NCBI RefSeq assembly: GCF_024502345.1
Contig: NZ_JALDNN010000001.1
DNA: 64,000 nt
Reading direction: 5' to 3' (one strand)
From: Escherichia coli
GTDB taxonomy: Bacteria; Pseudomonadota; Gammaproteobacteria; Enterobacterales; Enterobacteriaceae
Each line of letters begins with the position of its first letter. Position 1 is the first letter of the stretch. Made by a program: the position numbers and the translations under genes. The notes under the pieces were generated by a model. It was not told where the DNA came from. It was given only the letters and a program-made list of their open reading frames with translations, and did not search any database. Positions 62,074-64,000 of this stretch are shown here, piece after piece.

Positions 62074-63375
62074 GTGCATGATAACGGAGTCTTTATGGCA
62101 GGAAAACAAGAGGGAAAGCCACTTTCGTTTAAAGGGGTAGAAATGATGAAGCCAGGCGATAAAGATAAGGCTGATGTAGGCGAAAATCGTGGCTTACGTG
62201 TCTCCTGTGGTGCAACTGGTGTTAAGTCTTTTTTCTACCGTTACACAAGTCCTCTGACTGGCAAACTTGCTCAGGTTAAAATTGGTAACTTCCCGCAGAC
62301 TTCTCTCGCCGCTGCACGTCTTAAACTTCATGAATTAAAGCTCCTCCGGCAGGAAGGTCGGTGCCCTGCGTCAGAGCTTAAGCAAGATAAGCTCCAGCGT
62401 GCGATTGAAGCTGAACAGGCTAAGATCCCTGAATTGACCGTACAGGGATTAGTTGAACTGTATCTTACTGAACGTATTGAGGATCGTAAAACGAAGGACG
62501 GGAAGGTCATTCCCGGTGCCAGAAAACCGAAAGGACAGGCTGAGGTTCGTCGTACTCTCTATGGTGACGCTGTTAAAAGTTTAGGAACCCGGAATGCTGC
62601 TGAGATAACGCGCCAGGATGTTATTAATTTAATCAATGGCATTGTAGCTCGGGGCGCAACCGTACAGGCAGGGAATGTACTGAGAGAACTTTCACTCGCA
62701 TATGAATTTGCAATTGGACTTGGGCGCTTTGATGACAGTTTTGCGAATCCAGCGCTGTTAGCAAAATCTAGCTTACGACAGACCAGAATCAAGCTCACAA
62801 ATGGACGTGGAACACGAGTACTGAGTGAGGACGAGCTTGCAAAATTCCTTAAATGGCTACCGGGTTCGGCTTACACGCCAACGATCAAAAACGTGTTACG
62901 TCTGACTCTCTGGACCGGGTGTCGTACCGGTGAAGTCTGCAATATGGCATGGAAGGATGTTGATCTTGAAAAAGGCACCATTCATCTTAGAGAAACCAAG
63001 ACTGGAGTAGAGCGTTACGTTCAGTTATCGGATCAAGCGATCGACTTTCTCAAGGTTCTACGCCTTACCTCTGACAAATATCTATTCCCTTCACAAGCCA
63101 CTAAAAAGCCAATCCAGCAGAAGTATCTAACTGAAAACTCATGGCGTTTACGTGAAAGCGGTCAAATGCTTGATATACCTCATTGGACGCCGCATGATCT
63201 GCGTCGTACAGTACGAACGGGCTTATCTCGTTTGCAGTGTCCAAATGAGGTGGCTGAGGCCGTATTGGGGCATACACGAGGCGGTGTTGAAGGGATTTAT
63301 AATCTGTATAAGTATGATGCTGAGTGTAGGAAGTGGTTGCAGGTGTGGGCGGATTATTTAGATACTTTAACGTAA
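62074..63375 (+). CDS. int: tyrosine-type site-specific integrase (P4-like)
   Basis: N-terminal arm-binding pattern KPGDKDK...GLRV...RY; C-terminal catalytic HDLRRT and LGHTRGGVEGIYNLY; the true start may be a downstream Met. Confidence 0.85.
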   Translation: MHDNGVFMAGKQEGKPLSFKGVEMMKPGDKDKADVGENRGLRVSCGATGVKSFFYRYTSPLTGKLAQVKIGNFPQTSLAAARLKLHELKLLRQEGRCPASELKQDKLQRAIEAEQAKIPELTVQGLVELYLTERIEDRKTKDGKVIPGARKPKGQAEVRRTLYGDAVKSLGTRNAAEITRQDVINLINGIVARGATVQAGNVLRELSLAYEFAIGLGRFDDSFANPALLAKSSLRQTRIKLTNGRGTRVLSEDELAKFLKWLPGSAYTPTIKNVLRLTLWTGCRTGEVCNMAWKDVDLEKGTIHLRETKTGVERYVQLSDQAIDFLKVLRLTSDKYLFPSQATKKPIQQKYLTENSWRLRESGQMLDIPHWTPHDLRRTVRTGLSRLQCPNEVAEAVLGHTRGGVEGIYNLYKYDAECRKWLQVWADYLDTLT

Positions 63376-63445
63376 TTTGCCAATTAGATGTCCAATCATT
63401 TCGTTACATCAAAGTTGTGCTTAATTTTTATTTTATAAGGATAAT

Positions 63446-64000
63446 ATGGATATTTTTTCTGGAGAATCAATTCTTTCCCAAGTCCCTGATGTCAATCATT
63501 GGTTAGCTTCTTACGGCTTGAATTCAACTACATCAAGATATAGCAGATATATCTCTTATATTGATGCTTTTTTTGAGTCGAAAGATCCCACCTCATCTGA
63601 TGGAAGAGACAAATTTGATTTATTAACCAAGTCGTATGCAGAAATTATAGAAATAGTCAGCGTTAAAAAAGCGTTTGAACATGAAAGAAGCCCCGGATTT
63701 ATTGAGCGTTTAAGTAAGGTTGTTTCTGGAGTTGATCATGTTGGTATTAAAGAACCCAGTGAGCCAAGGAATTTTCTCTACGAATTACTTATGGCTGCCC
63801 GGCTAAAAAATGCTGGCTTTATTATTGATTTTGACCAAGGAACTGATGTTGTCGCATATGGATTTGGTCGTGCTATTTTCGTTGAATGTAAACGCACAAC
63901 ATCAATAAGAGGGTTCGAATCTAATTTCATTAAAGGTGGAAAGCAATTAGAGAGAAAGTTTAAGAGTACGAAACTTCCCCATTTTATGATTCGGGGATTT
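63446..64000 (+). CDS. hypothetical protein, 5' portion only (runs off the window)
   Basis: Open frame from ATG 63446 to the window end (185 codons, no stop), AT-rich; contains a D-x13-E-C-K stretch reminiscent of PD-(D/E)xK nucleases. Confidence 0.45.
   Translation, partial: MDIFSGESILSQVPDVNHWLASYGLNSTTSRYSRYISYIDAFFESKDPTSSDGRDKFDLLTKSYAEIIEIVSVKKAFEHERSPGFIERLSKVVSGVDHVGIKEPSEPRNFLYELLMAARLKNAGFIIDFDQGTDVVAYGFGRAIFVECKRTTSIRGFESNFIKGGKQLERKFKSTKLPHFMIRGF

Larger units (their letters stand above)
62074..64000 (+). mobile_element. start of a putative integrase-associated genomic island (continues beyond the window)
   Basis: Integrase gene followed by a visibly AT-rich ORF, placed where the K-12-type backbone would continue beyond mutS. 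Confidence 0.5.

Overview
This window reads as an Escherichia coli-type chromosomal segment, inverted relative to the K-12 map. Identification rests on my recognition of the translated ORFs and their order; no database search was run. Gene order: gudP-gudX-gudD, barA, rlmD, relA, mazE-mazF-mazG, pyrG, eno, ygcG, queE, a 14-repeat CRISPR array, the ygcE-to-ygcN metabolic cluster, queD, cysJ-cysI-cysH, a hok/gef-family toxin gene, cas3, a 3-spacer CRISPR array, iap, cysD-cysN-cysC, ygbE, ftsB, ispD-ispF, truD, surE, pcm, nlpD, rpoS, a MarR/UbiX-like/UbiD-like/EcdD-like accessory module, ygbN-to-ygbI, pphB, mutS, then a tyrosine integrase followed by AT-rich DNA running off the window. The points most worth a second look are: (1) the type I-E CRISPR-Cas locus is reduced to cas3 alone plus a short array, with no Cascade or cas1/cas2 genes anywhere in the 64 kb; (2) an intact-looking Hok/Gef type I toxin sits between cysH and cas3; (3) a CRP-like site and a textbook intrinsic terminator lie in front of ygcW; (4) the UbiD-like decarboxylase gene is interrupted by a frameshift; (5) an integrase-led insertion begins beside mutS, and its first cargo ORF is of unknown function. 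I found no rRNA or tRNA genes. Coordinates of hairpins and sites were counted by hand and may be off by a few bases.
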